Shown piece by piece: positions 9,306 through 18,245 of a DNA stretch of 41,968 nt. The stretch spans positions 1 to 41,968 of IMG/VR virus record IMGVR_UViG_2563366992_000001; one strand, written 5' to 3'. The stretch's first letter is position 1, and the number at the start of each line of letters is the position of its first letter. The position numbers were made by a program, and so were the translations under genes. The DNA comes from a virus (lineage: Duplodnaviria > Heunggongvirae > Uroviricota > Caudoviricetes). Below the pieces are notes generated by a model. That model saw only the letters and a program-made list of their open reading frames with translations, made no database searches and was not told the origin of the DNA.

Positions 9306-9796
9306 GCATGAGTCTTTTGAATGACGTTCAGAAATTCATTGAAGCCCATCCGGGCTGTACTTCCGGAGATATTGCGGATGCTTTTGCCGGTTACTCACGG
9401 CAGCGCGTTCTGCAGTCAGCAAGCAAGTTACGTCAGAGTGGGCGTGTGGCTCACCGTTGTGAAGGAGATACACACAGACATTTCCCGCGCCTGACTGAGA
9501 GAGCGCAGGATCCGGAACCACAACCAGTTCGTGAAACCAGACCTGTGCGCAATTTCTATGTCGGCACTAACGACCCGCGGGTGATTTTGTGCCTGACCCG
9601 CCAGGCGGAAGAACTGGAGTCCAGGGGCTTATACCGTCGTGCTGCAACGGTGTGGATGGCGGCATTCCGTGAAAGCCACTCCCAGCCAGAACGAAACAAT
9701 TTTCTGGCGCGTCGTGAACGGTGTTTACGGAAAAGCAGTAAGCGGGCTGCATCAGGTGAAGAGTGGTATCTCTCAGGGAATTACGTGGGGGCTTAA
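9302..9796 (+). CDS. hypothetical protein with PerC/Pch-like C-terminal motif
   Basis: Segment LESRGLYRRAATVWMAAF resembles the PerC-family signature; recognition from memory only. Confidence 0.3.
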   Translation: MSMSLLNDVQKFIEAHPGCTSGDIADAFAGYSRQRVLQSASKLRQSGRVAHRCEGDTHRHFPRLTERAQDPEPQPVRETRPVRNFYVGTNDPRVILCLTRQAEELESRGLYRRAATVWMAAFRESHSQPERNNFLARRERCLRKSSKRAASGEEWYLSGNYVGA

Positions 9797-10449
9797 TGAG
9801 TAATAAATATTGCCAGGCGCTGGCGGAACTGCGGAACAAACCAGCCCATGAACTGAAGGAAGTGGGCGATCAGTGGCGCACGCCGGACAACATTTTCTGG
9901 GGAATTAACACTCTGTTTGGCCCGTTTGTTCTGGATCTGTTTACTGACGGTGATAACGCCAAATGTGCTGCGTATTACACGGCGGAAGACAACGCGCTGG
10001 CGCATGACTGGTCAGAACGCCTTGCGGAGCTTAAAGGTGCTGCCTTTGGTAATCCCCCATACAGCCGCGCCAGTCAGCATGAGGGGCAATACATCACCGG
10101 CATGCGTTACATCATGAAGCATGCCAGTGCCATGCGTGATAAAGGCGGGCGCTATGTTTTCCTGATCAAAGCTGCCACCAGCGAAGTGTGGTGGCCGGAA
10201 GATGCAGATCATATTGCTTTTATTCGCGGGCGTATTGGTTTTGAACTGCCTGCCTGGTTTATCCCGAAGGATGAGAAGCAGGTGCCGACAGGCGCTTTCT
10301 TCGCTGGTGCTATTGCTGTTTTCGACAAGACCTGGAAGGGACCGGCAATCAGCTACATCGGGCGCGATGAACTTGAGGCATGTGGTGAAGCCTTTCTGGT
10401 GCAGGTTCGCCAGCAGGCGGAAAAACTGGTCAGGGAGATGGCGGCATGA
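9796..10449 (+). CDS. phage DNA N6-adenine methyltransferase (Dam-like)
   Basis: NPPY motif (FGNPPYSRA); ATG at 9796 overlaps previous stop. Confidence 0.75.
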   Translation: MSNKYCQALAELRNKPAHELKEVGDQWRTPDNIFWGINTLFGPFVLDLFTDGDNAKCAAYYTAEDNALAHDWSERLAELKGAAFGNPPYSRASQHEGQYITGMRYIMKHASAMRDKGGRYVFLIKAATSEVWWPEDADHIAFIRGRIGFELPAWFIPKDEKQVPTGAFFAGAIAVFDKTWKGPAISYIGRDELEACGEAFLVQVRQQAEKLVREMAA

Positions 10450-10772
10450 CGACGTTAACTCAATGCCAGCAGCAGGTGCTGGATATGCTGATTTCTTATC
10501 AGAAAGAACGTGGCTTCCCGCCAACCAATCAGGAGGTGGCAACCATGCTGGGATACCGTTCAGTGAATGCAGCGGTGGAACATCTTCGCGCACTGGAGAA
10601 AAAAGGCGTCATCACGATAAAGCGTGGTGTGGCCCGGGGGATCACGCTTCATACCGTGGTGAAGGACGACGACAGCGAGGCGGTCGGGATTATCCGCTCA
10701 CTGCTTGCCGGTGAGGAAAACGCCAGGCTGCGTGCAGCCCACTGGTTACATGAGAGGGGCCTGAAAGTATGA
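10446..10772 (+). CDS. LexA N-terminal DNA-binding-domain protein (no peptidase domain)
   Basis: 108 aa; QQQVLDMLISYQKERGFPPTNQEVATMLGYRSVNAAVEHLRALEKKGVI closely parallels the LexA winged-HTH N-terminus; ORF ends before any S24 domain. Confidence 0.65.
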   Translation: MTTLTQCQQQVLDMLISYQKERGFPPTNQEVATMLGYRSVNAAVEHLRALEKKGVITIKRGVARGITLHTVVKDDDSEAVGIIRSLLAGEENARLRAAHWLHERGLKV

Positions 10773-11158
10773 AGCTGATCCTGCCTTTTCCGCCCAGCGT
10801 GAACACGTACTGGCGACACCCCAACAAAGGGGCATTTGCTGGTAAGAGCCTGATAAGCGAGGCGGGGCGAAAATTTCAGAGCGCGGCGTGCGCAGCAATA
10901 GTTGAGCAGTTACGTCGTCTGCCGAAACCAACGTCGGCACCTGCTTCAGTGGAGATCGTGTTGTTTCCTCCGGATAACCGGATCCGCGATCTGGACAACT
11001 ATAACAAGGCTCTGTTTGACGCCCTGACCCACGCGGGTGTGTGGGAAGACGACAGACAGGTGAAAAGAATGCTGGTGGAGTGGGGACCGGTTATCCCGAA
11101 AGGGAAGGTCGAGATCACTATCAGTAAGTATGAGAAACCGGCGGGTGCAGCCGCCTGA
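10769..11158 (+). CDS. rusA: RusA-family Holliday junction resolvase
   Basis: 129-aa ORF with RusA acidic motif (RIRDLDNYNKALFDAL); nin-region position. Confidence 0.8.
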   Translation: MKLILPFPPSVNTYWRHPNKGAFAGKSLISEAGRKFQSAACAAIVEQLRRLPKPTSAPASVEIVLFPPDNRIRDLDNYNKALFDALTHAGVWEDDRQVKRMLVEWGPVIPKGKVEITISKYEKPAGAAA

Positions 11159-11177
11159 TTAAGAGGAGAAACGAAGT

Positions 11178-11987
11178 ATGAATAATCTGATGGTCATTGA
11201 TGGTATTGAAGTTCGTCGTGATGCTTATGGGCGTTACAGCCTGAACGATCTGCATCGCGCAGCAGTAGCATCTGGTGCAAATGCCAGAACCAAGGAGCCG
11301 GGAAAGTTTCTTTCCAGCCAACAAACTGTTGAACTTGTTCATGAATTGACCAACACCCAGAATTTGGGTGTTGACCCGGTGAGTGTGATTCATGGGGGAA
11401 ATGAACGGGGAACGTATGTCTGCAAGGAACTGGTGTATGCCTATGCAATGTGGATCAGCCCGTCATTCCATCTGAAGGTGATCCGTACTTTCGATATGGT
11501 AACCAGCGCACCGGAAAAATTATCCGGACAGGCTGCTGACAAGATGCAGGCTGGCGTGATCCTGCTGGACTTTATGCGCCGGGAGTTAAACCTGTCTAAC
11601 TCTTCAGTGCTTGGTGCCTGTCAGAAACTCCAGGAGGCTGTTGGCTTACCGAATCTGGCACCGCGCTATGCCATTGATGCTCCTGCTGATGCACACGATG
11701 GCTCAAGTCGCCCGACACTGTCACTGAGTGCACTGCTGAAACAGTATGGTATACGCCTGACGGCTAATCAGGCATATCACCAGATGGTGAAACTGGGGAT
11801 CGTCGAGCAGCGCGAACGATACAGCCGTACCGCGATTAACAACATCAAAAAATTCTGGTCGCTGACAGCGAAAGGTTGCATGTTCGGCAAGAACATCACC
11901 AGTCCCGCAAATCCGCGCGAGACGCAGCCGCATTTCTTCGAATCCCGATTCCCTGAGCTGTTAAAGCTGCTCGATACCGTTCATTGA
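11178..11987 (+). CDS. KilA-N domain protein
   Basis: N-terminal KilA-N-like signature (YSLNDLHRA ... ELVYAYAMWISPSFHLKVIRTFD). Confidence 0.55.
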   Translation: MNNLMVIDGIEVRRDAYGRYSLNDLHRAAVASGANARTKEPGKFLSSQQTVELVHELTNTQNLGVDPVSVIHGGNERGTYVCKELVYAYAMWISPSFHLKVIRTFDMVTSAPEKLSGQAADKMQAGVILLDFMRRELNLSNSSVLGACQKLQEAVGLPNLAPRYAIDAPADAHDGSSRPTLSLSALLKQYGIRLTANQAYHQMVKLGIVEQRERYSRTAINNIKKFWSLTAKGCMFGKNITSPANPRETQPHFFESRFPELLKLLDTVH

Positions 11988-11988
11988 G

Positions 11989-12984
11989 GTGACCGTGAGA
12001 GCACTACTGACCCCTGAAATTGCCCCGCGTATGGGGATCGTATTGTTCAGGCCAGGTTCAGAGCTGATGCCCCTGTTTATGCAGGGGCGTGTCCTGCTGG
12101 AGCCTGAGCCGGAGCGTTATTCATCTTTCGCCAGTGGTGCCGTTCCGGCGGCATCACAACCGCTGGCGGATGATCCTGCCGTTCGGGCCGTGTTCCGCAA
12201 TGAGGCAGTTATCCGTCGTGCTGGTGGCGTGGAATGTCTTGAAAGCTGGTTACGTCGTGAAAAAGGCTGCCAGTGGCCTCATTCCGACTGGCACAGCGAG
12301 AACATGACCACAATGCGACACGCTCCGGGCGCAATCCGTCTGTGCTGGCACTGCGATAACCAGCTGCGCGATCAGTTCACGGAACGGCTGGAATCAATGG
12401 CAACGGATAACTGTGCCCGCTGGGTGTTGTCTGTTGTGCGTCGGGATCTCGGTTTTGATGATAGTCACGTTGTGACAATGCCGGAACTGTGCTGGTGGCT
12501 GATTCGTAATGACCTGGCGGATGCCTTACCGGAAAGTGCAGCCCGTAAGGCACTGAGATTACCAAAGCCTGTTGTGCCGTCTGTCACCCGGGAAAGTGAC
12601 CTTGTGCCTTCGGTTCCTGCCACCAGCATCATCCAGGATAAGGCGAAAAAGGTGCTGGCGCTGAAAGTGGATCCGGAGTCGCCGGAGTCTTTTATGTTAC
12701 GCCCAAAACGTCGCCGCTGGGTTAATGAAAAGTACACGCGCTGGGTTAAGACACAGCCGTGTGCATGTTGTGGAAAGCCTGCTGATGATCCCCACCACCT
12801 GATAGGCCACGGTCAGGGTGGGATGGGTACAAAAGCGCATGACCTCTTTGTGTTGCCTTTGTGCAGAAAGCATCACGACGAGCTGCATGCGGATACCGTG
12901 GCATTTGAAGAGAAGTATGGCTCCCAGCTGGAGCTGATATTTCGTTTTATCGATCGTGCGCTGGCAATAGGCGTACTGGCGTAA
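11989..12984 (+). CDS. DUF968-family protein (putative HNH-like nuclease domain at C-terminus)
   Basis: C-terminal CCGKPADDPHHLIGHG ... CRKHHDELH Cys/His cluster; GTG start. Confidence 0.45.
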   Translation: MTVRALLTPEIAPRMGIVLFRPGSELMPLFMQGRVLLEPEPERYSSFASGAVPAASQPLADDPAVRAVFRNEAVIRRAGGVECLESWLRREKGCQWPHSDWHSENMTTMRHAPGAIRLCWHCDNQLRDQFTERLESMATDNCARWVLSVVRRDLGFDDSHVVTMPELCWWLIRNDLADALPESAARKALRLPKPVVPSVTRESDLVPSVPATSIIQDKAKKVLALKVDPESPESFMLRPKRRRWVNEKYTRWVKTQPCACCGKPADDPHHLIGHGQGGMGTKAHDLFVLPLCRKHHDELHADTVAFEEKYGSQLELIFRFIDRALAIGVLA

Positions 12985-12997
12985 GTGGAGAACGAGC

Positions 12998-13750
12998 ATG
13001 AACCTTGAAGCTTTACCAAAATATTACTCCCCAAAATCTCCAAAATTGAGTGATGACGCACCGGCGACAGGCTCGGGTGGTTTAACAATTACAGATGTGA
13101 TGGCTGCGCAGGGGATGGTGCAGTCGAAAGCACCGCTTGGGTTTGCCTTATTCCTGGCAAAAGTTGGTGTTCAGGATCCTCAGTTTGCGATTGAAGGTCT
13201 GCTCAATTACGCGATGGCACTGGATAACCCGACATTGAACAAATTGAGTGAAGAAACCCGGTTACAGATCATCCCTTACCTTGTGAATTTTGCCTTTGCT
13301 GATTATTCCAGGTCTGCGGCAAGTAAGGCTCGCTGTGAGCATTGTGCTGGTACTGGATTTCATAATGTATTGCGCGAGGTGGTGAAACACTCCAGAAGCG
13401 GGGAATCTGTTATCAAGGAAGAGTGGGTGAAGGAACTATGTCAGCATTGTCATGGTAAGGGAGAAGTCAGCACAGCGTGCAGAGGGTGTAAGGGTAAAGG
13501 TATTGTCCTGGATGAAAAAAGGACCCGGCTTCATGGCACGCCTGTTTATAAGATTTGTGGGCGTTGCAATGGAAACCGATTTAGCCGTTTACCAACCACA
13601 CTGGCGCGGAATCATGTCCAGAAGCTGGTACCAGACCTGACGGATTATCAGTGGTACAAAGGATATGCAGATGTCATTGATAAACTGGTTACAAAGTGCT
13701 GGCAGGAAGAAGCATATGCAGAGACACAATTGAGAAAGGTGACAAGATAA
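12998..13750 (+). CDS. Q: lambda-type late antiterminator Q
   Basis: Strong resemblance to lambda Q (YSPKSPKLSDD...TDVMAAQGM; FAFADYSRSAA; zinc-binding Cys cluster); GTGGAG RBS. Confidence 0.85.
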   Translation: MNLEALPKYYSPKSPKLSDDAPATGSGGLTITDVMAAQGMVQSKAPLGFALFLAKVGVQDPQFAIEGLLNYAMALDNPTLNKLSEETRLQIIPYLVNFAFADYSRSAASKARCEHCAGTGFHNVLREVVKHSRSGESVIKEEWVKELCQHCHGKGEVSTACRGCKGKGIVLDEKRTRLHGTPVYKICGRCNGNRFSRLPTTLARNHVQKLVPDLTDYQWYKGYADVIDKLVTKCWQEEAYAETQLRKVTR

Positions 13751-13781
13751 ATGATTTTCGACGAAGATGGCGACATGATAC

Positions 13782-13810
13782 TTGCATTTTTCAAAAAATC
13801 TGGATAAGAT
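13782..13810 (+). promoter_or_regulatory. candidate Q-dependent late promoter (PR'-like)
   Basis: TTGCAT (13782..13787), 17-bp spacer, TAAGAT (13805..13810), immediately downstream of Q. Confidence 0.4.
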
Positions 13811-13858
13811 TTTCTCAACGATGGGCTTTATGTATCTGCTGTTGATAACCTTCAAGAA

Positions 13859-13880
13859 CTCGCCATTGAGCGGGTTTTTT
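13859..13880 (+). terminator. weak intrinsic terminator (tR'-like)
   Basis: 5-bp stem CTCGC/GCGGG with 6-nt loop followed by TTTTTT. Confidence 0.3.
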
Positions 13881-13952
13881 ATTGTGTAAAAACAGAATGA
13901 CGGTATTAATTAGTAATATAATTATTCGACCATACAACTAGGGGTCGAAAAA

Positions 13953-14738
13953 ATGTATGTTTTTGAGTTAATCAAGCCAGGCAGTAATCTTAAGTTTGAA
14001 AACAGAGAGTTAGAATGGACGTTTAATAACTTATTATCCCATTTAGAAACTGCATTTTATGATGCTAATGTAGCATTAAATTTATTCGAACAGGAAAGAA
14101 CTAAGAATAACAGTAAATTCGATAATATTTCTCAGACATGGCAAGCTGATGTACAGAAACGACAAGCACTGGAAATGCTGGTTCGTAAAGAGTTTGGTTA
14201 TCAACCTTATGAATATTCAGAACAGGTTTTTTCAGAGGTCGAGCTACGTCTAAAAAGAGAAAAATGGAATAACGGTGAATATCCGTTGGCTCATCAACAC
14301 AGATTGATCTTCTTACATGCAAAATCATTTCTCTACGCTTTGGATGCTATTGATAAATTTTTAAAGGTAATTTCAAAAGAAAATGGCGCGCCAGAGAACA
14401 TTAAAAAATTGCATGAACAGCTTTCTAAAGACTTTCCGGATTTAAGAAAGGTAAGGAATTCAGCTCAACACATGGAAGACAGAGTTCGTGGGCTTGGTGC
14501 AGAGAAAGAACCAAAGCCAATAAAACTCAAACCTGTAAATAATATTCATGTTGTTGCACCTCAGGGGGCATTGATGTTGAATAACTTATTCGGAACTAAA
14601 TTTGGGTGCACTATGGCTGATGGCTATTATGGTGAAGTAGATATTTCGACAGAGTCTTTGGCAAAGTTGCAAAATTTAATCCAAAAAGTTTTTAATTCCT
14701 TCAGTTGGGAAGGACCAAAGCAACACCTTCCCCGATAA
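13953..14738 (+). CDS. AT-rich moron protein of unknown function; candidate HEPN-like toxin (R-x4-H motif)
   Basis: 261-aa ORF between PR'/tR' and the holin; marked AT-richness versus flanking phage genes; motif RNSAQH; own downstream terminator. Confidence 0.55.
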   Translation: MYVFELIKPGSNLKFENRELEWTFNNLLSHLETAFYDANVALNLFEQERTKNNSKFDNISQTWQADVQKRQALEMLVRKEFGYQPYEYSEQVFSEVELRLKREKWNNGEYPLAHQHRLIFLHAKSFLYALDAIDKFLKVISKENGAPENIKKLHEQLSKDFPDLRKVRNSAQHMEDRVRGLGAEKEPKPIKLKPVNNIHVVAPQGALMLNNLFGTKFGCTMADGYYGEVDISTESLAKLQNLIQKVFNSFSWEGPKQHLPR

Positions 14739-14756
14739 CATTTTCTTTTTTATTGA

Positions 14757-14786
14757 AAGCCGCCAAATAATTGGCGGCTTTTTTAT
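14757..14786. terminator. strong intrinsic terminator after the moron
   Basis: Stem AGCCGCC/GGCGGCT (14758..14764, 14773..14779) with loop AAATAATT and a T-tract; A/T runs on both sides suggest bidirectional function. Confidence 0.7.
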
Positions 14787-14827
14787 TTCACAGTACCCGC
14801 AAATATCGCGAGGTGAGAGATGACGAA

Positions 14828-15154
14828 ATGCCTCATAACCCAAATACCTGGCTGGAGTTGGTCCAGAGCTGGTGGCGTGGAGACACGCCGCTGGGCGCAG
14901 TAATTATGTCGATCGTTATGGCTGGCTTGCGCATTGCCTATTTTGGCGGTGGTGGTGGCTGGAAGCGAAAAACGCTCGAGATTTTGCTCTGTGGCGCTCT
15001 GACACTGACTTTTGCATCCGCTCTTGAGTATGTCGGATGGCCTAAATCACTTTCTGTTGCCATTGGTGGTGGGGTGGGGCTGATCGGTGTCGATGCTATT
15101 CGTGGGGCTGCAATGCGAGTAATCGGTAATAAATTTGGTAGCTCGAAGGAGTAA
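14828..15154 (+). CDS. putative holin
   Basis: Small membrane protein with hydrophobic segments and charged C-terminus immediately upstream of endolysin; ATG at 14828 (track start 14771 is TTG inside the terminator). Confidence 0.6.
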   Translation: MPHNPNTWLELVQSWWRGDTPLGAVIMSIVMAGLRIAYFGGGGGWKRKTLEILLCGALTLTFASALEYVGWPKSLSVAIGGGVGLIGVDAIRGAAMRVIGNKFGSSKE

Positions 15155-15157
15155 TTT

Positions 15158-15634
15158 ATGCAGGCTCTAAATTCCCAGCGTAAAGCTTTCCTTGATATGG
15201 TGGCATGGTCAGAAGGAACGGATAACGGGCGACAACCGACACGTAACCACGGTTATGATGTTATTGTTGGTGGCGAACTGTTCACTGATTACTCCGATCA
15301 CCCTCGCAAACTTGTCACGCTAAACCCCAAACTCAAATCAACAGCAGCCGGACGTTATCAGCTACTTTCACGCTGGTGGGATGCTTACCGTAAGCAGCTT
15401 GGCCTGAAAGACTTCTCCCCCAAAAGCCAGGACGCAGTGGCATTGCAGCAGATTAAAGAACGTGGCGCTTTACCGATGATTGATCGCGGTGATATCCGTC
15501 AGGCAATCGACCGTTGCAGCAATATCTGGGCTTCACTGCCGGGGGCTGGTTATGGTCAGTTCGAGCATAAGGCTGACAACCTGATTGCAAAATTCAAAGA
15601 AGCTGGCGGAATGGTCAGAGAGATTGAGGTATGA
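15158..15634 (+). CDS. R: endolysin, lambda R-type lytic transglycosylase
   Basis: Near-identical to lambda R by memory ([22 protein letters not shown]...). Confidence 0.95.
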   Translation: MQALNSQRKAFLDMVAWSEGTDNGRQPTRNHGYDVIVGGELFTDYSDHPRKLVTLNPKLKSTAAGRYQLLSRWWDAYRKQLGLKDFSPKSQDAVALQQIKERGALPMIDRGDIRQAIDRCSNIWASLPGAGYGQFEHKADNLIAKFKEAGGMVREIEV

Positions 15635-16098
15635 GCAGAGTAACCGCGATTATCTCCGCTCTGGTTATCTGCATCATCGTCTGCCTGTCATGGGCTGTTA
15701 ATCATTACCGTGATAACGCCATCGCCTACAAAGAGCAGCGCGATAAAAAAGTCAGTGAGCTGAAGCAGGCGACTACCACCATTACTGACATGCAGCAGCG
15801 CCAGCGTACTGCTGATGCACTTGATGCTAAATACACGAAGGAGTTAGCTGATGCGAAAGCTGAAAATGATGCTCTTCGGCGCAAGCTTGATAATGGTGGT
15901 AGGGTGCTCGTCAAAGGAAAATGCCCTGTGCCATCCTCAGCCGAAACCTCCAGCGCCTCCGGCATGGGCAATGATGCCACCGTCGAACTCTCTCCAGTTG
16001 CTGGACGAAACGTTCTCGGTATCCGGGACGGAATTATCAGCGACCAAACAGCACTAAGAACGCTTCAGGAATACATCAGGACGCAATGCCTTCGATGA
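15631..16098 (+). CDS. Rz: i-spanin (Rz)
   Basis: N-terminus [31 protein letters not shown] matches lambda Rz. Confidence 0.9.
   Translation: MSRVTAIISALVICIIVCLSWAVNHYRDNAIAYKEQRDKKVSELKQATTTITDMQQRQRTADALDAKYTKELADAKAENDALRRKLDNGGRVLVKGKCPVPSSAETSSASGMGNDATVELSPVAGRNVLGIRDGIISDQTALRTLQEYIRTQCLR
15851..16057 (+). CDS. Rz1: o-spanin (Rz1), embedded in Rz in the +1 frame
   Basis: Lipobox VVGC followed by a proline-rich segment; fully nested in Rz. Confidence 0.8.
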   Translation: MRKLKMMLFGASLIMVVGCSSKENALCHPQPKPPAPPAWAMMPPSNSLQLLDETFSVSGTELSATKQH

Positions 16099-16272
16099 TA
16101 GCGATAATTTTACTCATCATCCTTCACATCTGGCTCTGTAGACAGGGTGGTGATCACTTCTGGAGTGAATCCAGATTAAACATCTCATTGCTGATGCTTG
16201 ATATTGAGCATCTGGCGCGCGGTAAGGGGCTGCGTTGAGATAAGAGCCAGTCATCACAAACACCAGGATTTA

Positions 16273-16296
16273 GCCTCGCATTTGCGGGGCTTTTTT
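16273..16296 (+). terminator. intrinsic terminator after lysis cassette
   Basis: 7-bp GC-rich stem (one G-U wobble) with 4-nt loop followed by TTTTTT. Confidence 0.6.
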
Positions 16297-16444
16297 ACAT
16301 CTGCAGTAAACCGCGCATCGCAGCGCGTAACAATCCCGAGTCTTTCAGAAAGCTGAGCCTGAGAACTGCCGTATATGGTGGCGACCATCTCGGGGACGGC
16401 TTTTCTGTGCGAACAGGCTCATCTTTCTAAAAGGTAAAGACGCA

Positions 16445-16987
16445 ATGAACTACCCAACCGTTGTTAACGATATAGATTTCAGAGACCTAATTTTTGTAGC
16501 AAACAACGATCCGGTTACAGATTCTTTTATGGTGGCAAAAGCATTTGGAAAGCTGCCGAAGAACGTGGTTCGTGACATTGAACGAACCATAGAAGCTTGC
16601 CCTCCTGAGTTTGATACAAAGCTCAACTTTGAGCTTTGCTATAAAAACAATGAGTTACAGAATGGTAAGCCGCAAAAATTCTACCGTCTCCGCAAGGATG
16701 GGTTGATGCTTTTGGTTATGTCCTACACCAAAAAAGAAGCAATGCGTATCAAAATTGCTTACATCAACGCATTTAACTGGATGTACGCCATGCTTCAGGT
16801 TGGTCATCGTCAATTTGAAGAAGAGAGAAATGCCGTAATGCTGGAGTACATGAAAGAGAAGGATGTTGCCAGCATGTCAGGTCGCCTGCTCAATCGCTGG
16901 GGAAAAATTAAGAAGCCTCAGCTACTGGCGAGAATTGAACGCCTTGAACAGCACGGGCAGACCGTAATCCCCGGACTCACTAATTAA
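16445..16987 (+). CDS. Rha-family phage regulatory protein
   Basis: N-terminal segment PVTDSFMVAKAFGKLPKNVVRDIE resembles the Rha domain. Confidence 0.65.
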   Translation: MNYPTVVNDIDFRDLIFVANNDPVTDSFMVAKAFGKLPKNVVRDIERTIEACPPEFDTKLNFELCYKNNELQNGKPQKFYRLRKDGLMLLVMSYTKKEAMRIKIAYINAFNWMYAMLQVGHRQFEEERNAVMLEYMKEKDVASMSGRLLNRWGKIKKPQLLARIERLEQHGQTVIPGLTN

Positions 16988-17274
16988 CAGCAGTACCACG
17001 AAGCAACCCAAGCCAGTAAGTGGGGAAATAACACTGGCAGCCACTGAAAGATGAACCTCCTGCCTTATGGCAAAAAAAGATTCTTTGTGGTGGCGGACTG
17101 ATGGAAAGACATCGGTTATTGCAGAGGCCATTCAATGAGTGGTCTCGACAATGGCTTATACCCTGCACGGGATAACTTAACTGATATCCCTTTTAACGGA
17201 TAAACGGAGCCAATAATGGCAGAGAATGTCGGCATTATGGCAGTGAAATTTGGATAAATCGGAGATTAGTACAT

Positions 17275-17625
17275 ATGCCGCCACGAATCCCAAAAGCCTG
17301 CCGTGTTCGCGGTTGCCGCCATACCACCACAGACCCGTCAGGCTACTGCGAAAGCCACAAAAGCGAAGGCTGGAGACAATACAAGCCAGGCCAGTCCCGT
17401 CATCAGCGCGGCTACGGTTCGAAATGGGATGCTATCCGTGAACGTGTACTGAAGCGTGACAAAGGCCTGTGTCAGTTATGTCTGCGTTCTGGTGTGGTGC
17501 GTGAGGCGAAAACTGTTGACCACATCATCCCTAAAGCGCATGGCGGCACTGATGCTGACAGTAATCTGCAGAGTCTGTGCTGGCCGTGCCATAAGACGAA
17601 GACGGCCCGTGAACGGTTAAAGTGA
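17275..17625 (+). CDS. HNH endonuclease (terminase-associated)
   Basis: Cys pairs and DHIIPKAHGG ... CWPCH motif; directly upstream of terminase genes. Confidence 0.85.
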   Translation: MPPRIPKACRVRGCRHTTTDPSGYCESHKSEGWRQYKPGQSRHQRGYGSKWDAIRERVLKRDKGLCQLCLRSGVVREAKTVDHIIPKAHGGTDADSNLQSLCWPCHKTKTARERLK

Positions 17626-17651
17626 TAATAATTCTCAACTGTCTGAGGGGA

Positions 17652-17710
17652 GGGGCGGGTCAAATCCCTGTGACCTGACGTCTTCCGGACTGCCCGCCCC
17701 ATCGTTTTTT
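17652..17710 (+). terminator. GC-clamped hairpin followed by T-run (terminator-like or packaging-site-associated)
   Basis: GGGGCGGG (17652..17659) pairs with CCCGCCCC (17693..17700), then ATCG + T7. Confidence 0.3.
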
Positions 17711-17741
17711 TATACCCGCGAAAAATGAAATTTAACCAGGA

Positions 17742-18245
17742 GTGCCGCATATGGCTGGAACGGCGGGGCGTTCCGGGCGTCGCCCCAAGCCAACGGCGCG
17801 CAAGGCGCTGGCCGGAAACCCCGGCAAGCGAGCCCTGAACAAAGATGAACCTGTTTTTACGCCCATCAAAGGCGTTGAGCCACCGGAGTGGTTCGCAGAA
17901 GAAAATCTCCCTCTCGCCACGATCATGTGGCAACTGACAACCAAAGAACTCTGCGGTCAGGGCCTGTTGTGCGTGACTGACCTCGCGGTGCTTGAGCGGT
18001 GGTGCGTGGCCTATGAGTTCTGGCGACGTGCCGTGAAAAATATTGCCATACAGGGCAACACCATCACCGGTGCAATGGGCGGCAGGGTCAAAAATCCGGA
18101 GCTGACCGCCAAAAAAGAACAGGAGTCCGAGATGAGCAGCACGGGGGCAATGCTCGGACTCGACCCCAGCAGCCGCCAGCGTCTGATTGGCCTGGCGGGG
18201 CAGAAGAAAGCCACTAACCCGTTTCTGAAAATCATCGAGTCATGA
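17742..18245 (+). CDS. terminase small subunit
   Basis: 167-aa ORF immediately upstream of and overlapping terminase large subunit. Confidence 0.65.
   Translation: MPHMAGTAGRSGRRPKPTARKALAGNPGKRALNKDEPVFTPIKGVEPPEWFAEENLPLATIMWQLTTKELCGQGLLCVTDLAVLERWCVAYEFWRRAVKNIAIQGNTITGAMGGRVKNPELTAKKEQESEMSSTGAMLGLDPSSRQRLIGLAGQKKATNPFLKIIES

Noticed and set aside
10012-10593. 193-aa minus-strand ORF
   Set aside because: Antisense to the Dam methylase and LexA-DBD genes, which have recognisable motifs and translational coupling; shadow ORF.
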